From: an uncultured Actinomycetes bacterium
GTDB lineage: Bacteria; Actinomycetota; Thermoleophilia; UBA2241
Assembly (NCBI GenBank): GCA_963833555.1
Contig: CAWHYB010000004.1
Coordinates: 131,844 to 195,843, forward strand
DNA length: 64,000 nucleotides
Reading direction: 5' to 3'
The position numbers and the translations under genes were made by a program. Within the stretch, counting starts at the first letter, position 1, and each line of letters opens with the position of its first letter. This document shows positions 1-8,395 of this stretch, piece by piece. The notes under the pieces are model-generated. The model was not told the origin of the DNA. It saw nothing but the letters and a program-made list of their open reading frames with translations, and ran no database searches.

Positions 1-313
1 CGTCCTTCATGACCTGGGGGATCTGATCGCTGCGCACCACGACACGGTTCATGGCGCCGTACAGTTCAGCGATGCGGCGCCCGTTGCGGTCGTAGATGAC
101 GGTGTTCTGGCCAAGGTGGGTCTTGGTCATGTCGTCGAGCTTCGGCAGCGTGCGCGAGACCGCGACGATGGTGCCGGTAAGCCCGGCCACCAGCGACACG
201 ACAGCCACGGCGAGGACGATCAGGGCCAGGCGCCACCAGTGAAGGCGGGGCCTGCGGGCCGCACGCCGCCGACGGGCGCGGGAAAGGGGGCGAGTCTGAG
301 TGTCGTTGCTCAT
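1..313 (-). CDS. Penicillin-binding protein 1A-family (GT51 transglycosylase) N-terminal part; the gene runs off the left edge
   Basis: My own reverse translation from ATG (complement of 311-313) gives MSNDTQTRPLSRARRRRAARRPRLHWWRLALIVLAVAVVSLVAGLTGTIVAVSRTLPKLDDMTKTHLGQNTVIYDRNGRRIAELYGAMNRVVVRSDQIPQVMKD. This is a basic tail, one TM helix, then the IYDRNG..IAEL start typical of class A PBPs. It is absent from the ORF track because the window edge truncates it. Confidence 0.6.
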   Translation of the reverse strand, partial: MSNDTQTRPLSRARRRRAARRPRLHWWRLALIVLAVAVVSLVAGLTGTIVAVSRTLPKLDDMTKTHLGQNTVIYDRNGRRIAELYGAMNRVVVRSDQIPQVMKD

Positions 314-325
314 TGGGCGACCTCT

Positions 326-331
326 ATTGTA
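326..331 (-). promoter_or_regulatory. Candidate -10 box TACAAT, 12 nt upstream of the PBP start codon (near-leaderless mRNA)
   Basis: The minus strand reads gccgcTACAATagaggtcgcccaATG. The same hexamer recurs upstream of other genes in the window (16892, 29387, 32617). Confidence 0.3.
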
Positions 332-347
332 GCGGCTCCCGGGCCGG

Positions 348-388
348 GGCGGTGGGGCGCCGCCCGGGACGGGCGGCGCCCCACCGCC
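348..388 (-). terminator. GC-rich perfect 18-bp stem-loop immediately after the tatC stop
   Basis: GGCGGTGGGGCGCCGCCC (348-365), loop gggac, GGGCGGCGCCCCACCGCC (371-388); the arms are exact reverse complements. No U-tract follows, which is common in high-GC genomes. Confidence 0.45.
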
Positions 389-1186
389 TACTCGGCCGTG
401 GCCGGAGCGTTCGTCGACGGCGGAATCACCTTGTCGGACGGCCCTCGGGTGGCGGCGTTCCATGACGCGCGCCACCAGCAGCGCGAGTTCGTAGAGGATC
501 TCGAGCGGGATGAACATGGCGATGAACGAGAAGGCGTCCTGGCTCGGCGTGGCCACCATCGCGATCGATGGCGTTGATGACGATGGCGTAGCGCCAGTGG
601 TGGCGCAGGGTCTTCGTGCTCGACGATGCCCATGCGGGTCGCCGCGATGATCGCGACAGGCACCTCGAAGACGGCCCCGAAGGCGACCAGGAACCAGGCC
701 ACGAACGAGAAGTAGTCCGATGCCCGCGCCTGTGCGTTGAAGTACTGGCTGTTGAAGCCGAACAGCCACTGGAGGCCTTTGGGCAGACACGAGGAGGTAG
801 CCGAAGCACGACGCCGCCCGAGGAAGAGGAGCGCGCAGATCGTCACGACGAGCAAGACGGCGCGCCTGCTCGATGGAGCGAACGCAGGGCCGATGAAGGC
901 CCAGAACTGGTAGATGAGGATCGGGCGACGCCACGATGAGGCCGACGTACACCCAGACCTTGAGGCTCACCATGAACGGTTCGGCGGGGCTGAAGGTGAT
1001 GATGCGATGCGGCACGCCGGACCCGCTCAAGTGGTGGAGCGGGCGCAGCAGCGCGGCGAACACATAGTGGTTGAGGATGGCGGCGGCGATCACGCCGACG
1101 GCAAGCGCCGCGGCGGCCGTGATGAGGCGCCGCCGGAGCTCGCCGAGATGCTCGACGAGGGTCAGCCGTTCTTCGAACGCGACCAT
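388..1186 (-). pseudogene. tatC: Sec-independent translocase TatC, frameshifted as assembled
   Basis: Reverse translation from ATG (complement of 1184-1186) gives MVAFEERLTLVEHLGELRRRLI.... Later fragments (ORFs 388..855 and 426..809) read FNAQARASDYFSFVAWFLVAFGAVFEVPVAIIAATRMGIV and LRHHWRYAIVINAI. These typical TatC segments are spread over three frames. Confidence 0.8.
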
Positions 1187-1429
1187 GCCGCCGTCAGCCG
1201 GCCGTCGGCCCAGCCGTCGCGTCGCCGGGAGGCGCCGGGGTGCCGTCCGGCGGCGGGGCTGTGACCTTGCGGGGGCTCAACCTGCCGAAGGTCTCGACGG
1301 CTGTGTCGTCGGGCGCGGGGACGTCCGACGAGGGCGCCGTCGGAGGGCCTGACGGAGCCGCGGCGGCGGGGCCGGCGGCTGTCGCCGCCGGCTCGGCCGC
1401 CGCGGCTGTGTCGCCGCTCGCGGTCAGGC

Positions 1430-1627
1430 TCATGTCGGCTTGAGGCCGTTGACCGCGTCGGCAAGCTCGTCGAGGCCGACCTCGCGGCGGATGTCGGAGG
1501 TCGCCGCCCGGAATTCGCGGATTGCCTTGCCGACCTGGCGACCCATCTCGGGCAGCCGTTTGGGCCCGAACACGACGAGTGCGATGATGATCACCATGAT
1601 GATCTCAGGTAGGCCGATGTTGGGCAT
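1430..1627 (-). CDS. tatA: Twin-arginine translocase TatA/TatB-family protein
   Basis: MPNIGLPEIIMVIIIALVVFGPKRLPEMGRQVGKAIREFR is the canonical TatA N-terminal TM helix plus amphipathic helix (FGPK+LPE). An ATGA overlap leads into the Ala/Pro-rich ORF 1194..1433, which may be its C-terminal tail separated by an indel. Confidence 0.85.
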   Translation of the reverse strand: MPNIGLPEIIMVIIIALVVFGPKRLPEMGRQVGKAIREFRAATSDIRREVGLDELADAVNGLKPT

Positions 1628-1860
1628 CGCGATGAGGCTCCTGGGTGGTGGAAGTACTGGGTGAGGTCTTCATCAAGGGTAAGGACGAGGCCTGCGTGCG
1701 TCAACTGCACGGGCTGGCGGTCCGACCAACTACCTTCGACATGGTGAGAACCGGCTGTCTAATCTGGCCACACAGGGCTGGACATGTCGGCGGTCCCGGT
1801 AGTGAAATGCCTGCAAACCGTGCGTACATCAGCGATGGCCTGCTCGAGGCGCCGCCCGGC

Positions 1861-1890
1861 TTGCACGCTCCGAAGCGGCTTTGCTATAGT
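1861..1890 (+). promoter_or_regulatory. Candidate sigma70-type promoter of the nuo operon
   Basis: TTGCAC (1861-1866), 18-nt spacer, TATAGT (1885-1890). It lies about 60 nt upstream of the nuoA ATG (1950), which is preceded by GGAG. Confidence 0.4.
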
Positions 1891-1949
1891 CGGCCTCGTG
1901 ATCGGCCCGCAGGCGTGCCTGCTGTGCACCATCTCTACCGCCACGGAGT

Positions 1950-2319
1950 ATGACGACCGCATTCCTGACCAACTGGATCTACGTCGCCGTGTTCGTCGCG
2001 GCCGGCGCCGCGATGGTCGTGGGCATCCTGCTCATGTCGCGGCTCGTCTACCCGATCCACCCGTCGCGCGAGAAGTACTCGACCTACGAGTGCGGCATCG
2101 AGCCGGTGGGCGACTCGTGGCATCCGTTCGCGGTGCGCTACTACATCTTCGCGCTGCTGTTCCTGGTCTTCGATGTCGAGGCCGTCTTCCTGTTCCCCTG
2201 GGCGATCACGTTCCGCACGCTCGGCACCGCCGGGTTCGTCGAGGTGCTCGTGTTCATCGGCGTGCTCGGCGTCGGGCCTCGTCTACGCCTGGCGCAAGGG
2301 GGTCCTCGAGTGGGTCTGA
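1950..2319 (+). pseudogene. nuoA: NADH-quinone oxidoreductase subunit A, one +1 frameshift near 2275
   Basis: MTTAFLTNWIYVAVFV...REKYSTYECGIEPVGDSWHPFAVRYYIFALLFLVFDVEAVFLFPW matches NuoA/ND3. The conserved end LVYAWRKGVLEWV* (stop 2317-2319) is in the next frame. Confidence 0.9.
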
Positions 2320-2874
2320 ACGACGGGTTCGATCTGCAAGGCCTGGTCGGCAGGGTCCACGTACCCCAACATCAACCAGTTCGAGCAGCCCAACGTCGTC
2401 ACTACGACGGTCGACCTCGTCTTCAGCTGGGCGCGGTCGCACTCGGTGTTCCCGTTCACCTACGGTCTCGCCTGCTGCGCCATCGAGATGCTCAGCTCCG
2501 GCTTCGCGCGCTTCGACGTCGCCCGCTACGGCATGGAGGTCTTCCGGCCCACGCCGCGCCAGTCCGACCTCATGATCGTGGCCGGCACCGTCAACGAGAA
2601 GATGGCGCCGGTGCTCAAGCGCCTCTACGAGCAGATGTCCGAGCCCAAGTGGGTCATCGCCATGGGCGCCTGCGCCACCAGCGGCGGTCCGTTCTACGAC
2701 GGCTACAACGTGGTCAACGGCGTCGACAAGATCGTGCCGGTCGACGTCTACATCCCCGGCTGCCCGCCGCGCCCCGAAGCGCTCTTCCAGGGGCTGCTCG
2801 AGCTGCAGAAGAAGATCCAGGCGATGCGCATCGTACCGCCGGTGCCGGCCGGCGTCCGCGCCGAGGAGGACTGA
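2310..2874 (+). pseudogene. nuoB: NADH-quinone oxidoreductase subunit B, +1 frameshift near 2357
   Basis: GTG 2310 overlaps the nuoA stop. The protein reads [14 protein letters not shown]...[21 protein letters not shown]...[14 protein letters not shown], which contains the N2-cluster Cys motifs. Confidence 0.92.
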
Positions 2875-2875
2875 G

Positions 2876-3375
2876 GTGCTCCCGGCCATCGGGTCTGCCG
2901 GCCTGTCGATCGACGAGGTCGCGCGCGCGTCTGGCCACCGAGTTCGACGGCGAGCTCACCGACGTGCGCGTCCAAGAGGACCGACACCGTCGTGGCCGGC
3001 GTCGACCGCGGCGGCTTGCACGACCTGGCGCGGCGCCTGCGCGAGCTCGACGGCGCCGCTTACGAGTCGTGCAACTTCGTCGCCGCGGTCGACCATCGCA
3101 CGCGCTTCGAGACCGTCTACCACCTCTACTCGTTCGCCACGCAACACCTATCTCGAGCTGCACGTCGACGTGCCGCGCGGCCAAGCCCGTCGTCGACACC
3201 GTCACCGACGTGTGGCCCGCGGCCGAACTGGCACGAGCGCGAGGCCTGGGACATGATGGGCATCCGCTTCGAGGGTCATCCCGACCTGCGCCGCATCCTG
3301 CTCAAGGACGACTGGGTCGGTCACCCGCTGCGCAAGGACTACGTCGACCTCGTCGAGAACCACCCGCATGTCTGA
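2876..3375 (+). pseudogene. nuoC: NADH-quinone oxidoreductase subunit C, five +1 frameshifts
   Basis: The fragments [62 protein letters not shown] and [24 protein letters not shown] rotate through frames 2-0-1-2-0-1. Confidence 0.88.
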
Positions 3376-4589
3376 TCAGTTCGCGACACAGCGCCCCCGA
3401 CGAGGCCATGGCGCTCGCGCTGCGCCGCATCGCCGAATCCGAGGCGGCCGGTCACGGCAGCGACATGGAGGGCCTGGGCTTCAACCAGGTCGTCGTCAAC
3501 ATGGGCCCGCAGCACCCGTCGACCCACGGTGTGCTGCGCCTGGTCGTGACCCTCGACGGCGAGCTCGTCAAGGACGTCATCCCGGTGATCGGCTACCTGC
3601 ACCGCAGCAAGGAGAAGCTCGCCGAGAAGCGCACCTACTTCCAGTACATCCCGATCGTCGACCGCACCGAGTACCTCGCCGGCATGAACTGCGAGTGGGG
3701 CTACGTCATGACGGTCGAGAAGCTGGCCGGCATCGGGCCGACGCGCCGGGCCGAGTTCATCCGCGTCATCATGGCCGAGCTCAACCGCATCGCCAGCCAC
3801 CAGGTCGGCGTCGGCACCTTCGCCGCCGACCTCTCGCCGCTGGGCACGGCGATGGTCTTCTACGCGTTCCGCGACCGCGAGGAGATCCTCGACCTGTTCG
3901 AATCGGCCAGCGGCGCGCGCATGATGTTCAACTACTTCCGCTTCGGCGGGGTGCGCTACGACCTGCCCGACGGCTGGGTCGAGACGCTGTCGCGAGGCTC
4001 ATGCTCAAAGTCGCCCAAGCTGGTGCGACGAGTACGAAGCGCTCGTGAGCGACAACGCCGTGTTCCTGCAGCGCTGCATCGGCAAGGGCGTCATGACACC
4101 CGAGGACGTCGCCGACTACGCGATCACCGGGCCCAACGCGCGCGCCTCCGGGGTCGCCCACGACCTGCGCCGCACGCGGCCCTACTCGGTCTATCCCGAG
4201 CTCGACTTCGAGATCTGCCTGCGCGACGCACGGCGACGTCTACGACCGCTACCAGGTGCGCGTCGACGAGATGCGCGAGTCGGCGAAGATCGTGCTGCAG
4301 TGCCTCGACATGCTGCCCGACGGCCCGGTGCAGGTCGGCACGTCTGCGCCCGCCGTACGTGATCACGCCGCCGCCGGGCGCCTGCTACACGGGCCAGGAG
4401 AACCCGCGCGGCGAGTACGGCACCTACATCGTGAGCGACGGCTCGCGCTACCCGTACCGGCTCAAGTACCGCGACCCCTGCTTCGTGAACCTGCAGATCT
4501 TCCCCAAGCTGCTGCGCGGCAACAAGATCGCCGACGCGGTGGCCATCTCGGGCAGCATGGACCTCGTCCTCGGAGGCATCGACCGATGA
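3368..4589 (+). pseudogene. nuoD: NADH-quinone oxidoreductase subunit D, four +1 frameshifts
   Basis: VVVNMGPQHPSTHGVLRLVVTLDGE...[101 protein letters not shown]. Confidence 0.92.
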
Positions 4590-5713
4590 GCTGGGATCTC
4601 GTCTGGGCCATCGTGCGCGTCGTCGTCGCGATCGTCATCGCCTACGCGGTCGTGTTCGTCGCGGCGCTCGTGAACATCCTCTTCGAGCGCCGCATGCTGG
4701 CCTTCCTGCAGGACCGGCTCGGTCCCAACCGCACCGGCCCGCAGGGCATCCTGCAGAGCGTCGCCGACTCCTTCAAGATGATGGGCAAGGAAGACTTCGC
4801 GCCGGCGCGCGGCCGACAAGGCGATCTTCACGCTGGCGCCGATCATGGTCATGGTCGGCGCCGTCGCGGTGCAGCTCGTGATCCCCTACACCAAGGGCTG
4901 GACGGGCCAGGACCTCAACGTCGGCCTCATCTACATCGTCGCCATCACGAGCTTCACGGTGCTGGCGATCCTGCTCGGCGGCTGGGCCTCGCACAACAAG
5001 TACTCTCTGGTCGGCGCGCTGCGCTCGGCGGCCCAGATGGTCTCGTACGAGCTGCCCATGATCCTCGCGCTGCTCGTGGTGGCGATGACCGCCGGCTCGC
5101 TCAGCCTCAACGCACGTCGTCGCGGCGCAGTCGCACTACCAGTGGTTCGCCTTCACCATGCCGTTCACGTTCCTGCTCTTCTACATCGCCTCGATCGCCG
5201 AGCTGAACCGCGGCCCCTTCGACCTGCCCGAGTCCGAGTCCGAGCTCGTCGCCGGCTACGGCACCGAGTACTCCGGGCATGCGCTTCGGCATGTTCTTCC
5301 TCAACGAGTACGCCGGCATGACGATCATGTCGATGGTCACCGTCACGCTGTTCTTCGGCGGCTGGCAGGGTCCCTTCGCGGACGCCGTCGTCGATCCACG
5401 GCGTCGCCCTCGTGCCCATCGTCTGGTTCCTGGTCAAGACCTACGTGCTGGTCTTCGCGCTGGTGTGGATCCGCCTGTCGGTGCCGCGCCTGCAGGTCGA
5501 CCAGCTCATGGGCTTCGCCTGGAAGATCCTCATCCCGCTCGGGCTGGTCAACATCCTGGCGACCGCGGCCGTGCATGCTCTGGGCGCCGCACTGGAAGCT
5601 CGCCATGGCCGTCTTCAGCTGGATCTGCGCTGGTGCTGTTCGTCGGCCTGTTCGACACGGTGCTGCGCTGGCGGCTCGAGCGGCAGCGCGAGAGCGTGGC
5701 GGTGCTCGCCTGA
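4586..5713 (+). pseudogene. nuoH: NADH-quinone oxidoreductase subunit H, six +1 frameshifts
   Basis: ATGA overlap with nuo[109 protein letters not shown]. Confidence 0.92.
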
Positions 5714-5945
5714 TGCTCGGCATGCTCAAAGCCATGCGCACCACGCTCGCGCACCTGCCGCAGAGGAAGATCACCGTGCAGTACCCCGAGCAGCGCGAAG
5801 CAGCTGCCCGAGCGCAGCCGCGGCCTGTTCCGCGTCGTCATCGACCCGGCCACCGACGACCCGCGCTGCCGCTCGTGCACGCTGTGCGAGACCAACTGCC
5901 CGGTGCAGGTCATCCGCGTCAACTACGAGCTCCAAGTACGACGCT
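5713..5945 (+). pseudogene. nuoI: N-terminal half only of NADH-quinone oxidoreductase subunit I (TYKY), carrying the first 4Fe-4S motif; possibly fused to the downstream NuoE-like region
   Basis: TGATG overlap with nuoH. The protein reads [29 protein letters not shown], then after a +1 shift near 5790, [42 protein letters not shown]. No second CxxCxxCxxxCP motif follows in any frame before NuoE homology starts near 6000. Confidence 0.75.
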
Positions 5946-6481
5946 GCCGGCCGTCAACGAGGCGCGCATCGCAGCGCGCCCGCGTCGACGTCGCAGCCGA
6001 CGCCCGACCTGGCCCTGCTCGCGCCGGTCATCGACCACTACCGCGAGACCGGCACCGGCATGATGGCCGTGCTGCAGCACACGCAGGAGATCTACGGCTA
6101 TCTGCCGCGCCTGGCGCTTGCAGGAGATCGCCGTGCAGACCGGCATCTCGCTGTCGCAGCTCTACGGCGTGGCGAGCTTCTACAACCAGTTCCGCCTCGT
6201 CGCCGGTCGGGCAAGCTTCATCGTCACCGTCTGCCACGGCACCGCCTGCCACGTCGCCGGCGCGCCGCTGATCACCGACGCGTTCTCCGAGGAGCTCGGC
6301 ATCGAGGTCGGCAAGACCACCAAGGACCGCCTGTTCACGCTGCAGACCGTCAGCTGCGTCGGCGCCTGCGCGCTGGCGCCGGTGGTGCGCGTCGGCGACG
6401 ACGAGACGCACGGCCGCATGACGCCCGACAAGGCGCGCGAGCTCGTCAACGATCTCCGCGCCGGGCGAGGGCGACCGATGA
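5946..6481 (+). pseudogene. nuoE: NuoE/HoxE/HydC-type [2Fe-2S] subunit (24 kDa family); 5' boundary unclear, frameshifted
   Basis: [38 protein letters not shown] / QEIAVQTGISLSQLYGVASFYNQFRL...VCHGTACHVAG...TVSCVGACALAPVV (Cx4C...Cx3C). No ATG, GTG or TTG occurs in its frame between about 5945 and 6060. The 3' end is either an ATGA overlap at 6478-6481 or runs in frame into nuoF. Confidence 0.8.
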
Positions 6482-8390
6482 GCGTCGTCACCGACGACGG
6501 ACGCGCCATGTGCAGGCGGCCCTCGAGGCGCCTGCGTGGCCGACGCGTCGTCGCCCACGAAGGCGCCCGTCGAGGTGCGCATCTGCGCCGGCACCGCCTG
6601 CCACGCCTCGGGCCGTCCGGCCGTCACCGCGGCCTTCCGCGAAGAGCTCGCCGAGCAGGGCCTGACCGAGACGGTGCGCGTCGTCGAGACCGGCTGCCAC
6701 GGCTTCTGCGAGCAGGGTCCGATCGTCGTCGTGCAGCCCGAAGGGTTGTTCTACCCGCGCGTCCGTGCCGGACGACGTCGCCGACATCATCGAGGCGAGC
6801 ATCGTCGACGACGGCGATCGACGAGAAGCTCCTCTACAAGGACCCGGAGACCGGCGAGCCCATCGCCCACGAGACGGACATCCCCTTCTACAGCGGGCAG
6901 CGCCGCCTCGTGCTGGCGCTGAACGGCAAGGTCGACCCCTACTCGATCGACGACTATCTCGCCCACGGCGGCTACACGGCGCTGGCCAAGGTGCTGGCCG
7001 ACGACGACCCCGAGGACGTCATCGAGGCCGTCACCGAGTCGGGCCTGCGCGGCCGCGGCGGCGCCGGCTTCCCGACCGGCACCAAGTGGCGTCTCACGCC
7101 GCGCAGAGCCCCGGCGAGCTCAAGTACGTCATCTGCAACGCCGACGAGGGCGACCCCGGCGCGTTCATGGACCGCTCGGTGCTCGAGGGCAACCCGCACG
7201 TCGTGATCGAGGGCATGATGATCGCCGCCTTCGCGATCGGCGCCACCGAGGGCTACGTCTACGTGCGCGCCGAGTACCCGTTCGCCGTCGAGCGCCTCGC
7301 GCGCGGCGCTCGAGCAGGCGCGCGAGCGCGGCATCCTCGGCGACGACGTGCTCGGCACCGACTTCGCCTTCGACGTCCACATCAACGAGGGCGCGGGCGC
7401 GTTCGTCTGCGGCGAGGAGACGGCGCTGATGGCCAGCATCGAGGGCCGTCGCGGCATGCCGCGCACGCGCCCGCCGTACCCGGCCGTCGAGGGCCTGTTC
7501 GGCAAGCCGACCAACATCAACAACGTCGAGACCTACGCCAACGTGCCCTGGATCATCAACCACGGCGCCGCCGAGTTCGCCGCCATGGGCATGGGCCGTT
7601 CGCGCGGCACCAAGATCTTCTCGCTCACCGGCAAGGTCGCCAAACGGCGGCCTGGTCGAGGTGCCGATGGGCGCCACGCTGCGGCACGTCATCTTCGACA
7701 TCGGCGGCGGCATGCTGCCCGGCCGCGAGTTCAAGGCCGTGCAGCTCGGCGGCCCGTCCGGCGGCTGCCTGCCGGCCGACATGCTCGACACGCCGATCGA
7801 CTACGAGCGGCTGACCGCGACCGGCGCGATCGTCGGCTCCGGCGGCCTGGTCGTCGTCGACGACACGACCTGCATGGTCGACCTCGCGCGCTTCTTCCTG
7901 CAGTTCACGCAGGACGAGAGCTGCGGCAAGTGCGTGCCCTGCCGTCTCGGCACCAAGCGCATGCTCGAGATGCTCGAGCGCATCATCGCCGGCGAGGGCC
8001 GCGAGGGCGACATCGAGCTGCTCGAGGAGCTCTCGCAGCTACATCATCGACGGCACGCTCTGCGCGCTCGGCGGCACGGCCCCCAACCCCGTGCTCACCA
8101 CGCTCCGGTACTTCCGCGACGAGTACGAGGCGCACATCAACGACAAGTGCTGCCCGGCCGGCCGCTGCAAGGCGCTCATCACCTACTACATCGACGACAA
8201 CTGCACCGGCTGCACGCTGTGCGCCAAGAAGTGCCCGACGCAGCGCATCACCGGCGAGAAGAAGCAGCCGCACGTCATCGACGACGGCGCCTGCATCAAG
8301 TGCGACACCTGCCGCCAGGTCTGCAACTTCGACGCCGTCAAGGTCCGCTCCGGCATCGAGCAGCGCTCCGCGCCGGCAGAGGAAGCGTGA
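6478..8390 (+). pseudogene. nuoF: NuoF/HoxF/HydB-type FMN-NADH subunit with an N-terminal thioredoxin-like 2Fe-2S domain and a C-terminal 2x[4Fe-4S] ferredoxin domain; multiple frameshifts
   Basis: N-terminal VEVRICAGTACHASG...[16 protein letters not shown]. Core [84 protein letters not shown]-terminal [19 protein letters not shown]...[19 protein letters not shown]. Stop at 8388-8390. Confidence 0.88.
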
Positions 8391-8395
8391 CGGAC

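Noticed and set aside
1194-1433. Ala/Pro-rich 79-aa ORF downstream of tatA as an independent gene.
   Set aside because: It is low-complexity and joins tatA through an ATGA junction in a region where indels are frequent. It is equally well explained as the acidic/Pro-rich C-terminal tail of a TatA/TatB protein, so it is not called separately.
1950-4589. Very long ORFs in the track that look like giant genes: 1950..4589 (879 aa), 8679..11738 (1019 aa), 12575..15247 (890 aa), 9303..10994 minus, 50181..52025 minus, 56134..58200 minus, 47635..49869.
   Set aside because: High GC makes stop codons rare in every frame. Large stretches translate to Arg/Pro/Ala/Gly-rich nonsense. They run through several real genes, or antisense to them, and the real genes' conserved segments sit in other frames.
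5900-6060. A mobile-element origin for the E-F-X insertion in nuoI, looking for IS ends, target-site duplication or an integrase.
   Set aside because: I could see no inverted or direct repeats at the two junctions (about 5945 and about 10610). No transposase or recombinase is present. The inserted genes have the same high GC and the same frameshift pattern as the flanking nuo genes.
2270-8100. Programmed +1 ribosomal frameshifting or another recoding mechanism as the explanation for the one-directional frameshifts.
   Set aside because: There are dozens of sites with no shared slippery or stimulatory motif at the junctions I inspected, and spacing is irregular (about 60-350 nt). Technical insertion errors are far more parsimonious. 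This is kept as a finding about data quality only.
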